From the NCBI GenBank assembly GCA_010909165.1, contig MU008156.1, positions 620,001 to 684,000 on the forward strand: 64,000 bases of DNA, read 5' to 3'. How positions within the stretch are numbered: position 1 is the first letter of the stretch; the number at the start of each line of letters is the position of its first letter. The notes below the pieces were generated by a model. The model was not told where the DNA came from. It made no database searches and saw only the letters and a list, made by a program, of their open reading frames with translations. This DNA comes from Anthoceros angustus. Taxonomy: Eukaryota > Plantae > Anthocerotophyta. Shown here in pieces: positions 1 through 11,812 of this stretch. Both the position numbers and the translations under genes were made by a program.

Positions 1-116
1 TTGATCGCGACATTTAAAACCTGGCTGCTTAAGTGAGAGGGGCGCCGCAGTTGCTCGCGCATTTGGGCACCACATCGAGAGGATCCGAGGAGGCGATTTG
101 GGAAGGCAGCAGCGCA

Positions 117-986
117 ATGGCAGCAGCGGAAGCAGCGGCCGCGGCGGGGGCTTCCGCTCGCAAGCTCTCCCTGCGCTCCACAATGCTCCATGCTCTGCAG
201 GACTTGAAGTATGTTGTGGATCCGGGGGAAATTGATATGACGCTCACCGCCTTCCAGGAGCGGTTTGGGGCCGAGCCCAGCTCCCAGGACCTCAAGATAT
301 TCACCCACCAGGCGAAGGACCCCGCTGACAAGGTGAGGTCGCGTGCGGAGCTAGGCTGAAGCTTAATTCCTGTGGGAACCGCGTGCTTGAGCTTGCAGCG
401 CTCTCAAACATTTTTCAGTTGTTGCAACCAGCTGGCGGCCATGGCCTCTCCCGCCCGGTGCCCGGTGCCCGGTGCCGGTACCGGCCTGGGGCAGTGCTGG
501 TGCAGGGGCCTGGGAGGCTGGAGCTTCAACTGACCAGCGTTTTGTGTTTGTTGTTTGTGTCACCGACGGGTCCAGCTCTTGGTCTTCTTCAACGACGATA
601 AGATTGTGAAGAAGCAGAGCATCGAGGCGTACTGGGTGGAGATGGGCGAGAAGGAGACCACCCGGGCCATGGTTATCACTCCCGCCAGGTTCATCAGTGT
701 CCTGGCCGAGAACATCTTGGAGAAGAATGTTACTCACGATCTCATCATCTTCCAAGTAGGTCCAGCTCGCTGTTTCCTCTCTCCGCCCGCCTCTGCGCTG
801 CTGCACAGCTTGCAAGTCTGGTCTTTCTCTCCATCAGCTGAATAACGTTGTTGCTGCCATGTTCAGGAACAAGAGATCCTGACAATGGCATGGCTGTTGG
901 ACGTAGCCTCGGTGGAGCCTGGTAGCTGGGGCGTGGAGCTGCGTCGCCGCCCGCAGATCAGAATGAGGTGCTACCAGCTCCAGTAA
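117..986 (+). CDS. RPB5: Divergent RPB5-like protein (RNA polymerase subunit 5 N-terminal jaw domain only), 3 exons: ~117-332, 576-755, 867-986
   Basis: The spliced product RSTMLHALQDLKYVV...DMTLTAFQERFG...DPADKLLVFFNDDKIVKKQSIEAYWVEMGEKETTRAMVI...IFQEQEIL aligns by eye to the RPB5 N-domain (RRTVMQMLKDRGY..DMT..F..K.G..DQLYIFF..K.GVK..M..ENVFRAILV..EVFQEAELL). GT-AG junctions keep the frame. The RPB5 C-terminal domain is not seen. Confidence 0.75.
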
Positions 987-1916
987 GTGTCCACGTGAAA
1001 CCACCTCTCAAACAAATGTCCCCACAAATCTTGCAAGCTTGCCTGACGGTGTCCTAGGCCCCCGCCTTGCCAACTCATTAAACCTGACTTTGTTTTCTCC
1101 CTTGTGTTTCCAACACCAGGCCGCTGGCAACAGGCAAACGCCTCTTCTCAGAAAGATAGCCTCGGTGCGCACTTGTAAATATTGGCTGTCCACTCGCCTC
1201 TACACATGGCAAGGCAGGCTTGGTCCGATTGGAGACCTCATCACGCTGGCAAGGCGCATTGCAAATTCATTGCTTTTGCATTGCATTTGCAATCCTCCTC
1301 TTCGGAGGATGAGAGTAACTGTGTGGAAAAACAGATGACTTGAAAACCGGCGTTTCTGTGTTCGAACTTGTCTTCCTCTGGTTACCGTGGTCCCTAACGT
1401 GTAGGAGCTCCAAATATTTTACTTGATACCTTTCTCCCAAGGGCAAACGGTTGAGGGTGTGGGTGAGACGTCTCGATTCACAAGCCGTGGAGGGCTGGGG
1501 CAGTGCGGAACAGCTGTGCAAAACGCCAATCCAACGCATCTGTGTGTCGTACGAGAGGCCCGGGCGCATGGCATCATCGCCCTTGCAGAAGAGGTTATTC
1601 AATTGCACATGGCGATGCCCTACGTTCTCTCCCAAGCACTCGGCAGTCGAGACGAGCCCCGGGCCCCGGCACGGATTACGATTCCCGGTGACTTGGCTGA
1701 CACATTTGCAATGGACAAATCGCAGACTGTCCCGTCCTGCGCTGGGCGCAAGAGCCAGCATGGATTCACGACCCATGGAGTTCGCTTGCGTCGCAAGCAG
1801 GCTCGGAAAGCGTGCGGGAACGTTAACCCGGCGAGGTCCGAGAGCTGGCAAGTGTGGAAGTCCAGTGTGAAGCAGGAGCTGGAGCTGGAGCTGGAGCAGG
1901 GGCTGGTGCAGGAGCC

Positions 1917-3913
1917 ATGGACAACGCGGGTTTCATAGCTGCGGCGGAGGAGGGAGACGTCTCCAAGGTGAAGGAATTCCTGAAGAACCCTAAGAACAGC
2001 GCGGAGGTGGAGTTCAAGCGCACCTCGGATTTCCGCGTCGTGGCCCTGCACCGGGCGGCGGAGAGGAACAAAGTGGAGGTGGTGAAGACCATCCTGCACT
2101 ACTGCCCCAGCGTGCTCCTCTTCGACGAGGACGACTGGAGCCGGACAGTGCTCCATGTGGCGGCCCAGGCGGGGAAGACGGAGGTGGTGAGAACGCTCCG
2201 GGAGCATGAGCGGGTGAACGTGAACGCCAAGGCGAAGGGGAGCATCACGGCTTTGCATCTGGCGGCGTTCGCAGGGCACGGGGCTGTGGTGGATCAGCTC
2301 TTGTCGTGGAAGGAGGAGGCGGATCTGGAGGCCTGCTCGGCGGAGAATTTCACCGCTCTGCATGCCGCGGCGGATGCCGGGCAAGGAGATGTGGTGAGGA
2401 TGCTGCTGGCTGCGTATAAGGAGAGGAGGCCCGGGGGAGTGGCGGGATTTGTGAATGCTGAGGATTGCTTCAAGCGGACGCCGCTGCATTACGGGTGCAG
2501 GAAGGGGCATGTTGCGGTGGTGAAGGAGCTGCTGGCTGTGCCGGGGTTGTGGTGGGAGCTGTGGATTCGGTGTACAAGCTGATGCCGCTGCATCTGGCGG
2601 CTTGGCTGGGGAATCATGCGGAGGTTGTGCGGATTCTGCTCGCGCACGACGGGGTGCAGGCTAATGCAGAGATCGGGCGGCACGACTACGTGCCGGTGCC
2701 GAACGTGCAGAAGACGGGGGAGGTTTCGTGGAAGCTGCTGCCGCGGCCGAGGCTGGCGGACAGGGAGGGGGACGACTGGCCGAGGTTGCCGAAGGGAGGG
2801 ACGGCGTTGCATCTGGCCGCGCAGGAGAATCATCTCGGGGTGGTGAATGAGCTGCTGGCGTCGGGGAAGACGGATGTGAACGCGGTGGATGTGGATGGGA
2901 AGACGGCGTTGCATTATGTGGTGGAGCGGGGGTTTTCGCTCATGGCCGGGAAGCTGGCAGCGCATTCTAGGGTTGATGTGAATTGCTTGGACAGGAGCGG
3001 GAAGACGCCGTTGCTGTATGCCGTGGAGTTAGGGCAGGAGCGGGAGTTTGGGGTTCTGGTGGGGGAGCCAAGGGTGAATTTGAATCTGGAGAGCAACCAG
3101 GAGACGGCTCTTACGCTGGCGTTCAAGCTGGACAGGAAGGGAATGGTGAAGGACCTGCTGGGACAGTCCAGGCTGAGGGCTAATACCAAGAACTGGGAGA
3201 AGAAAACGATGCTGCACTACCTGTGGGACAAGGGGGAGGAGCTGAAGGGAGATTTCTATGAGGACGTGAAGGAGCTGCTGTTGAGTAGGGGAGATGTGCA
3301 GAGATATTTGGACGGTTTGTCCAAGGATAGGCAGCTGTTTCTTAACTCTACCAATGCGTTTCTAGTGGGAGCAGCTATCGTGGCTGCGGTCACGTTCGCT
3401 GGGTTCCTGAAGCCTCCCCTGAGCGGCAGTGATTCCCAGCTGGCTGCTGCTGTCAAGATCTTCTGGGCCTTCAACAGTGTGTCGTTCTTCTTCGCCATCT
3501 ACACCCTTGTTTCAGGCATCCAGAGTGTGCTTCCCAAGAGTCACCGTTTTGTTGAGGACGAGGTTTTCCGGCTGCGGCTTAAGGTGGGTGTGACGTCTTT
3601 CAGTCTCATGATCTCGTCCGCGTTTGTCATCGCAGCCTTCATTGCTGCTGGTTTCGGTAACCTTCCTGCAGATACTCAGAGAACCATGGTGGCCTCCACT
3701 GTCTTCGGCCTCCTTCTGCTCATTCCCTTCATTTTCATCCCACTGCTCATCGACTACAACACTTATTTGGCAGACTACTCGTCAGCAGACGTCCAGAAGC
3801 TGGCATCCCTTTCTGACCGCCTCTTTACTTCTGCACCCTTCCTCTCTATTCTGCTGGTAACAGCCCTCACATTCGGCGCAGTGCTAATTCTCATCATCGA
3901 GAGTGTCCTTTGA
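1917..3913 (+). CDS. Ankyrin-repeat + C-terminal multi-TM (PGG-type, ACD6/ITN1-like) protein, intronless, with a 1-nt frameshift at ~2543-2550
   Basis: Repeated ankyrin motifs (TALHLAA, TPLHYGC, GKTALHYVV, GKTPLLYAV), then the PGG-domain signature NAFLVGAAIVAAVTFAGFLKPP and four hydrophobic helices. The two overlapping ORFs join if one G is added to the GGGG run at 2543-2546. Confidence 0.85.
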
Positions 3914-4667
3914 GAACACGCTCTCTCCCCGGGTAGCCTCTTCTGCCTGCAAATCTCGATAGAGTTGCTCACCTGATTTTGTAGAAACCTGTCGCAACTA
4001 CCATACAGCCAAGGACTCGCGGAACCTCGTTTTACGATGAGCGACAGCCGTTCCAACACCTCATAGCGTGTGACGCTGGCCTGTCCCTTCCTCTAAAATA
4101 TGTAAATCTGGATGCAACAAAGGCGAAGATGATTAGGTTTATATCTCATCAAACGCCCAACGTGCAACATACTATTTGTCCGATCGGAAAGTTTACTCCA
4201 TGCTCTGACGTTAACGGTTCTCCTTGAAATTGCTTCTCATTTCAGCCATGCAATCCAGTGGCATCACTTAGAGAAATTCCCACACAACCCAAATCAGAGG
4301 TGCCTTGACGCCCGTTCTGGTTAGCTCTTCCGGTGGAGTTTCTGCTCCACAACACAGCTCCGCAAGCGGAAGGTAACCAACAGGGGCCACCTGCTTGTAT
4401 TTGACCCTAAATCCCGACATGGGCAACGTCGTCGTTGTTGTATCCTGAGTTCCTCCACCTGCTTGAGAGCAGATTCGGAAAAAGAGCAGTGACGCCGAGA
4501 CCAGCACTGGACACCAGCTCCGTTTCTGTGCTCACAAGTCTCCTCAGTTGCGTTCTTAGCGCGGTTGGTTGTCCAAAATGTGAGGCCCTGACTTTCTGTG
4601 GAGTTCCTCGTTGCAAATCGATGTTACTCGTATTGTTCAGGGACTTGGGGAGGCCCTGCATGAAGGA

Positions 4668-6830
4668 ATGGAGATGACAGCGGGGGTAGGACTGCCCTGC
4701 CGTGGCCCGTCCCGTAGAGATGTGAGGTGCAGCAGCTTTGCAAGGGAGGCAGCAGGTGCAGGAAAATGTCTGGGTGTGGAAGGTGGTTCCATCGAGGGTC
4801 GTAGGCAGGAGCTCTTGTGGCGGCAGTTTTTCATGGAGCGTACTCTGTGGTGGGACAACAGGGAGCTCAAGAAGAGCTCCCGCTCGCCTGACTTCCGGCG
4901 CAAGGATTCCTCCGAGGTCCTCTGGTTAAACAGCTTGCACAAGCCAGCTTGGGTGGATGAGCAGCTGGCTGCTCTGGAGATGGAGGTGGGTGGTCGTACG
5001 TCGAGCTCGCCGGTTGATGATGGCTGTAGCAGGCGGGCGGCCGAAATGGGGAGGGAACTATGTGAGCAGGGACGGGTCGCTGAGGCTGTTGAGGTTCTGG
5101 AAGGTTTGCTGCGCACAGGCTACCGTGTTTCCACTTCTCACTTCTGTGCTGTGCTGAAGGGATGTGTGGGTGAGGAGGATCTTGTTCTGGGCCGCCGTGT
5201 TCATGCACTTGCCGTAGAGAGGGGGTACGAGTCAGATGCATGCTTGTGCAACCACGTCCTGCGGATGTATGCTTCTCATGCCAGGTTGCAAGAAGCGATG
5301 GATGTGTTCAGCGTCGTTGCACAACCGGATGTCTTCACCTGGTCTGCCATCATTTCTGCCCATGTTAAGCACGGTCAACCCAAGCAGGCCATAGAGCTGT
5401 ACCGGCAGATGAGCAGGTCTGGTGTGAAGCCAAGTGGGCATGTGTTTGTTGCAACTCTGCAGGCCTGTGGAAGGGAAGCAGACTTGGAAACTGGACAGCA
5501 GGTGCATGCTCATGTGTTGGCCAGTGAAGTTGAGTTCGATTCCTTTCTTTGTAGTTCCCTCGTGGACATGTATGCCAAGTGTGGCAGCTTGGAGGACGCT
5601 AAGAGAGTGTTTGATGCCCTTGGACACAAAAATGTGGTGACATGGAACTCCATGATAGCGGGATATTCTCAGCAGGGCATGGCTGAGGAAGCTTTTCGTT
5701 CTTACAGCCGTATGCAAGAAGAAGGAATCGTTGCACCTGATTCTGTGACATTTGTGTGCCTCCTGCAGGCATGTGCAAGTGTGGGCACCCCGGCCCTTGA
5801 GACGGGGAAGCAGTTTCACGCACAGATTGGAGAGCAAGGGCTTCAAGCCATTGACTCTGTAGCCAACAGCTTGATAAACATGTATGTAAAGTGTGGCAGC
5901 CTAGAGGATGCTCGCAGTGTGTTTGAACGACTTGGACCTCGGAAGGATGTGGTGGCATGGACCTCTCTGATAGCAGGATACTCCCAGCAGGACATGGGTC
6001 AGGAAGCCCTTCACCTTTACAGCAGTATGCAACAAGAAGGCATTACGGCACCCGACTCTGTCACATTCTTGTGCCTCCTGCAGGCCTGTGCAAGTGTGGC
6101 AGCTTTAAATGTGGGAAGGCAGCTTCACGAACAAATCAAAGACCAGGGGCTTGAAACAGATGTGACTGTAGGAACCAGTTTGATAGACATGTACGCCAAA
6201 TCGGGGAGCATGGTGGACGCACAGCAGGTGTTTGATGCATTGCCTAAACCAGATGTTTTTGCATGGAATGCACTCATTGCAGGATACGCCCGCCAAGGAG
6301 ACAATGAAGCAGTCTGTGCCTTGCTTGACAGAATGAGAGAGGCCGGCACACAGCCAGACAGCGTTGTGTTCCTCAGTTTGCTAACGGCATGCAGCCATGT
6401 GGGTCTAGTAAACAAGGGGCGAGAGTACTTCAAGGCTATGAGCAAGAACTATGGCCTGACTCCCACTGTGGAGCACTACACATGCATGGTGGACCTCCTG
6501 GGCCGTGCAGGGCAAGTGGACGAGGCTCTAGGGGTGGCCAGGACAATGCCCGTAAAGCCTGATGCTGCAGTCTGGTGCACTCTCTTGGGTGCTTGTCAAA
6601 AGTGGAGTGACAGGCAGGTGGGACGGCATGCTTTCGATGAGGCAACCAAGCTCGATAGCAGAGATCCGACATCATACGTGTTGATGTCCAATATATATGC
6701 TGCTGCCCAGATGTGGGAGGAGGCGCAGGAGATGCATGTGAGGCGGAAGAGAAATGGAGCATGGAAGCAGCCGGGCCAAAGCTGGTGGGCCGACATGGAC
6801 GGGCGGGTGCACACCTTCTGGGCATGTTAA
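4668..6830 (+). CDS. PLS-class pentatricopeptide repeat protein with E domains and a WW-type PG box (candidate organellar RNA-editing factor)
   Basis: Intronless ~720-aa ORF with P-L-S triplets (SLVDMYAKCGSLEDAKRVFD, VVTWNSMIAGYSQQG, TFVCLLQACASVG), E1/E2 (HYTCMVDLLGRAG..W.TLLGAC..SYVLMSNIYAA) and terminal KQPGQSWWADMDGRVHTF. The start ATG is uncertain. Confidence 0.92.
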   Translation: MEMTAGVGLPCRGPSRRDVRCSSFAREAAGAGKCLGVEGGSIEGRRQELLWRQFFMERTLWWDNRELKKSSRSPDFRRKDSSEVLWLNSLHKPAWVDEQLAALEMEVGGRTSSSPVDDGCSRRAAEMGRELCEQGRVAEAVEVLEGLLRTGYRVSTSHFCAVLKGCVGEEDLVLGRRVHALAVERGYESDACLCNHVLRMYASHARLQEAMDVFSVVAQPDVFTWSAIISAHVKHGQPKQAIELYRQMSRSGVKPSGHVFVATLQACGREADLETGQQVHAHVLASEVEFDSFLCSSLVDMYAKCGSLEDAKRVFDALGHKNVVTWNSMIAGYSQQGMAEEAFRSYSRMQEEGIVAPDSVTFVCLLQACASVGTPALETGKQFHAQIGEQGLQAIDSVANSLINMYVKCGSLEDARSVFERLGPRKDVVAWTSLIAGYSQQDMGQEALHLYSSMQQEGITAPDSVTFLCLLQACASVAALNVGRQLHEQIKDQGLETDVTVGTSLIDMYAKSGSMVDAQQVFDALPKPDVFAWNALIAGYARQGDNEAVCALLDRMREAGTQPDSVVFLSLLTACSHVGLVNKGREYFKAMSKNYGLTPTVEHYTCMVDLLGRAGQVDEALGVARTMPVKPDAAVWCTLLGACQKWSDRQVGRHAFDEATKLDSRDPTSYVLMSNIYAAAQMWEEAQEMHVRRKRNGAWKQPGQSWWADMDGRVHTFWAC

Positions 6831-8089
6831 GGGTCCTGAGAGTGATGCATGTTTCTTTGGGTTGTTCAAACGAAAAAGTGGTATATAGATACCATCGAAG
6901 CTCATGAAACTGGCTGTCAAGCTAAGCTGTCCTGTGCTTTTGCTCTGCTAGACGAAGCAGGGTGCAAGACTGCCAACTCTCCATATGCTCAAAGAAAACA
7001 GAGCTGAATACCTCGAAGTTGGAATACATGTGAGGCAGTCTGGAGCAGAAAAAGGCTGCTTGTTGGCAGTCCTGGTTGGCAGTGAAGGCAGGCAATGTAA
7101 CAAGTGCATCACAACAGGAGCTAAAGGGCCGCACTAAAGTCAAACAAGGAGGTGAAGAGTGCGAGAGCACTGACATACAGCGTCTCGTAAATGACTGGAT
7201 AGAATCTACCAGTCAAAAGAGAGGGTGCAACGGCACAGTATGTAGTCACTCGTTACGAATCCAACATACAACGCTGTCATGGTGACGTATCAAACAAGCA
7301 AGGGAGTACTCCTAGCTGAAAAATGAGGATACATGGCGGACACAGAACCTCCCAGCGATGGAGAAAGGTAGTGAATCAGAGAAATCAGAAAATCACTCCA
7401 AGCAAAACATGAGTAGGGCAGAACGAAGGCTCCAACAACATGGAGGGCAGTGCATAACCAGGCCTGAACGAGAAAAAGTTCCCCTACGTGAGGAAGGCAG
7501 CTGCTTGGAAATGCAGTGGGCCAACGCGACCGTGAAACTATCAACCTCAAACTCACACGACGAGAAACTTATCCCTGGATGCTTTTAATTCTCGGCACGA
7601 TCATTATCTGCGACGCAGGGAAACGATAGAGAAGCCATGTGGTTGGAAACAGACCTTCAGCAGCTCAACGATGGTGACGAGGGTGTCCTAGGAGCTTGGC
7701 AACCAGAAGCAGCGCGCGACATGCCGCCAAGGCCGCGCCACGTTGCCATAGACAAATCTGGGCCCCAATCAAACTGAGTCGCGTCCTCGTATCGCGGCTG
7801 CTTCGAGAATCAGGAGTAGATATATCTTCCCTGGAGGCTGGAGCATGAAGAGACATAATAAAGAAAGAACGGTATCCGAGCGTGTGTCCTGTCTGCTTGG
7901 TTGCTTGCGCCGCAAAAATTCCGAACGTCGAGTGACTTCGATGGACGACTCGCATTCCTCTCGGAGGCGGCTCGCGGAGTGTTTCCAGCAGCGCAGCGCG
8001 CTGCAAATGCTTCCCCCAAGCCTCTAGCGCTGCTGCTGCCGCTGCGGCCGCTGCTGCAGCTTCCAGCCAGCTGAGGTCCGAATCGCGTA

Positions 8090-10367
8090 ATGGCGGACGA
8101 GCTCGCAGCGCCGCTGTTACGGCCCGAGGGGGCGGGAACGGAGGTGGAGCCCCCGGCTGCATCGCCTGTGTGGGTGGAGGTGAAGGAGCAGCTCGCCATG
8201 GCGGCTCCCATGATCGGCGTCAACTTGTGCCAGTTCTCCTTGACCACCATCTCCGTCATGTTCGTAGGTCACTTGGACGAGCTCTCGCTTGCAAGCTCCT
8301 CCATTGCGACGTCCTTCGCCACCGTCTCAGGACTGAGCGTCATGGTACGGGTGCTGGTGCCGCGTTCCTTCTTCCGCTCAATTCCTGCCTGGTGACCTGA
8401 AACTGGCGTTGGCATTGCAGATTGGCCTGGCAAGCGGGTTGGAGACTCTGTGCGGGCAGGCGTACGGTGCCAAGCAGTACCGCATGCTGGGAGTGTTCAT
8501 GCAGAGGGGGGTGGTGGTGCTGTTCGCCACGGCCCTGGTGGTCACTGTGCTTTGGCTCAACATGGGCTCGCTGCTGAGGCTGGCGGGGCAGGATGCTGAA
8601 ATCTCTGACAAGGCGGGGGAGTACGCCCGATGGCTCGTGCCTATTCTGTACGCCTGGGCGGGGATCCAGCCGATGCAGAAGTTCCTTCAGACTCAGAGCA
8701 TAATTGCTCCCATGCTGTTTTCTGCTGCCATCACCTCGGCCCTGCACGTCCCTCTCTGTTGGCTCTTGATTTTCAAACTGGGTGTGGGCTACCGGGGGGC
8801 AGCGTTGGCTTCCTGCGTTTCAACCTGGATCAATGCCCTCTTCATCGCTCTGTACATCAAATTTGCACCCGCTTGCAACAAGACTTGGACTGGATTTTCG
8901 AGAGATGCTCTACATGATTTTGCAGGATTCTTCAAGCTGGCTGTGCCATCTGCTGTGATGGTCTGGTAGGTGGTCAATGTGCTGTGGTCAGATGGCATTC
9001 ATAACTACATAGTTTGGTAAATTAAAATGCTTGCCCTGTTTGACGTGGTTTGTGGCAGCTTGTCATGGTGGTCCTTCGAGCTGATGGTCATTCTATCAGG
9101 ACTGTTGCCAAATCCTCAGCTCGAGCTATCTGCCCTCTCCATTTGGTTCGTTCCCTTTGCATGATCTTTTGCTTGTGGATGATTTGTTTCCAGTGTTGTT
9201 GACACAGAGTGTGATTGACCTCCTCGTCTGTCATTGATAGCATGAACACTGTTACCCTCGCATATATGATTCCATATGGGCTCAGCACATCCGCCAGGTG
9301 AGAGGAGTTGCTGCGCGGATTACATTCTGAGCCTGGGAGACTAGTACTTGACAATGTCGACCCGGCCCCGCCCGTCCCCCGCCCTTTCCCTGTGCAGCAC
9401 GCGGATTTCAAATGAATTGGGAGCGGGACGTCCGATTGCAGCGAAGTTTGCAGTAGTTATATCCCTGACGCTGGCAATTGCATCTGCGATTACAATTTCC
9501 ACTACTCTCTTCTCGATTCGCAACGTCTTGGGCTGGGCGTTCAGCAACGAGGAGGAGGTGGCTGCCTATGTAGCCACAATGATGCCGTTCCTATCAGCCT
9601 TGACCCTCATGGATGGCATCCAGGCTGTCTGTTCAGGTGCTGCCCTGCTCTCAGGCCTTCAAACTGGTGCTTTTCATTTTGTGCTGGAGTTTGGTCTAGA
9701 CTCGATGTACCGTGGGCCTGTAGGGGTGGCTAGGGGGTGCGGGAGGCAGGCTGTTGGAGCATTTGCAAATCTGGGAGCGTACTACATTGTGGGCCTGCCT
9801 ACTGCCGTCACTTTGGCGTTTGTGTACCACCTCAACGGAAGGGTAAGCCATCGTGCTCCACATTTCAATCCCACTGCCATGTGCCATCAAATCAATGTGT
9901 GTATAAACGTACGTTGTACTTGTCGATTCCCTCATGCTAACCTCATGTTGGGGCAGGGGCTGTGGATGGGGATGCTCGGCGGAATCGCCACGCAGATGAC
10001 TGCCCTGCTTCTCATCACTATCTTCACCAACTGGGACAAGCAGGTCTGTTTTACCACCCACAACGGAATCTCGTATCGAAGTTCAGAACTGCACGCCTCA
10101 ACAGTTTCTCACCTGGGGAGTCGGGTTCTTGTCTTGTCCACCAGGCGGAAAACGCCAAATCGCGGGTATACGGCTCGGCGACAGCGAGATTGCCGGTCAG
10201 GAGCAGAGATACGTTTTACAGGCTTTCTAGTTGTCCCAGCGAACTGGATTCCAGTATACATGTCTCACCCCACTGTGTGTCCCCTGCAGGTGACCATGCA
10301 AGTTCCCTCGAACGGCCTCCCACCATCACCCTACGCAAATGGCAAAGCCTCCGTAGCTGACGAGTAG
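8090..10367 (+). CDS. MATE (DTX) efflux transporter, multi-exon
   Basis: Exons encode MFVGHLDELSLASSSIATSF, GLETLCGQAYGAKQY, FFKLAVPSAVMV, ISNELGAG, GVARGCGRQAVGAFANLGAYYIVGLP and GLWMGM, all plant MATE motifs, separated by GT-AG introns. Confidence 0.93.
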
Positions 10368-10582
10368 TTGTTTCTAGCTAGTAGTGGCTCCCTGGCCATA
10401 CCTAGCCACACACACTGCTGGTGATGAGAAAAGCTTTCTTACGTGCGGCCAGGGGAGTGCAGCTCTTGGTTGCTCGGAAGCACACAAAGTCTTTCTTCAT
10501 TGTGACGACATTGTGGAGTCTGTGCAACACAACGGGGTATCTACTCCATACTGGAAAATGAAGGGATCTGGTGTGGGAGGTT

Positions 10583-11287
10583 ATGTTTCCGTTTGAGGAA
10601 GTCATACAACAAGCAGAACCACGTGCGGCATCAGCAATTTTTGGGACAGTGGTGGACGAGCTGCTGGTGCCCAAGGCGGGCCGCTTCAGCGGCGAGGCCT
10701 ATGTGGTGCTCGGCGCGCCCATGCAGGTGGACTTCGCGCTGCAGAAGAATTGCCAGAACATGGGCCGCCGCTACATCGAGGTGTTCCGCAGCACGAAGCA
10801 GGACTACTACATGGCGGTGGCGGCGGAGGTGGCGGAGCCCAAGGAGGACGACGACTTCCTCATGCCGCCCCAGTTCAAGCCCGGCTCCGACAAGGACCAT
10901 CTGGAGCACACGGGCGTGCTCAAGCTGCGGGGCCTGCCCTTCTCCGCCTCCAAGCGCGACATTATCGACTTCTTCCGCGACTTCAACCTGGCCAACGAGA
11001 ATGTGCACATTGTCGTGCACGACGACGGCCGCGCCACCGGCGAGGCTTACGTCGCGTTCGCAGGTCCCTCCGACTCCAAGGCCGCCATGTGCAAGGACAA
11101 GATGATGCTCGGTTCCCGCCACGTCGAGCTCTTCCCCTCCTCCCGCGAGGAAGCAACCCGAGCTGCCACTAAGTCCCTCCAGATGATGACAAATACATAT
11201 GTACTTCAACTTCTTCTTCTTTTAACCAAGCAACCAACCAAGGCTCGGCACCCGCCTCCCCGCTCGCACGCCTTACCTTACCTGTAA
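10583..11287 (+). pseudogene. 5'-truncated hnRNP F/H-like (quasi-RRM) gene fragment, possibly a retrocopy or chimeric gene
   Basis: GEAYVV..QNMGRRYIEVFRS and GVLKLRGLPFSASKRDIIDFF..GEAYVAF..MLGSRHVELFPS match plant hnRNP F/H-like proteins. The first half of qRRM1 is missing and homology starts abruptly at ~10648 with very GC-rich codons. Confidence 0.75.
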
Positions 11288-11429
11288 TGTCCGCGGGGTC
11301 GAGGCCGCGCGCCTGCCTGCACTCCACGGGCTAGGCTGTAGGGTAGGCTAGCCTGTTACATATGTTGTATGTAGAAAGTTCACACGTAGTTTGGTACTAG
11401 GTACCTACTACAAAATAAAAGACACAGAG

Positions 11430-11626
11430 ACCAAATGGACACACATTTATAAGAACGCCGTGATCAAGCATCCTGAGCTTAGATCGGTACTTAGATGGGG
11501 TGCCTAAAGGGAGTGGATGCCCTTGGTGCAAGTAGGCACACCATGGTACAAGTTGTTAAGTACCAAGTCCCATGATGAAAATCCATCCTTAGTGGACTTA
11601 AATAAAATTCTTCTTCTTCTTCTTCT
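11430..11626 (+). repeat. ~200-bp dispersed repeat ending in AATAAAA(TTC)n (SINE- or LINE-3'-end-like), copy 1
   Basis: Near-identical reverse-complement copy at ~26297-26510. Confidence 0.8.
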
Positions 11627-11644
11627 CCTTGCAACCCCAAATGC

Positions 11645-11812
11645 TGAATTTCTAAGGCAGCTATTTACGCTCTCTCGAGTAATTTTAAGTAAAGCATTTA
11701 TAAAGCAGTACTTTTCTCTCTCTTGTCGAATCATTTTCAGTGAAGCATTTCTAAGGCAGCATTATTCTCTCTTGTCGAACCATTTTTGGTGAAGCATTTC
11801 TAAGGCAGCATT
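11645..11812. repeat. Degenerate ~52-bp tandem repeat (3-4 units, core GAAGCATTTCTAAGGCAGCATT)
   Basis: The core is repeated directly at regular spacing. Confidence 0.7.

Noticed and set aside
987-1900. ORFs on both strands between the RPB5-like and ankyrin genes
   Set aside because: No recognisable domain and no RPB5 C-terminal motifs in the frames I read.
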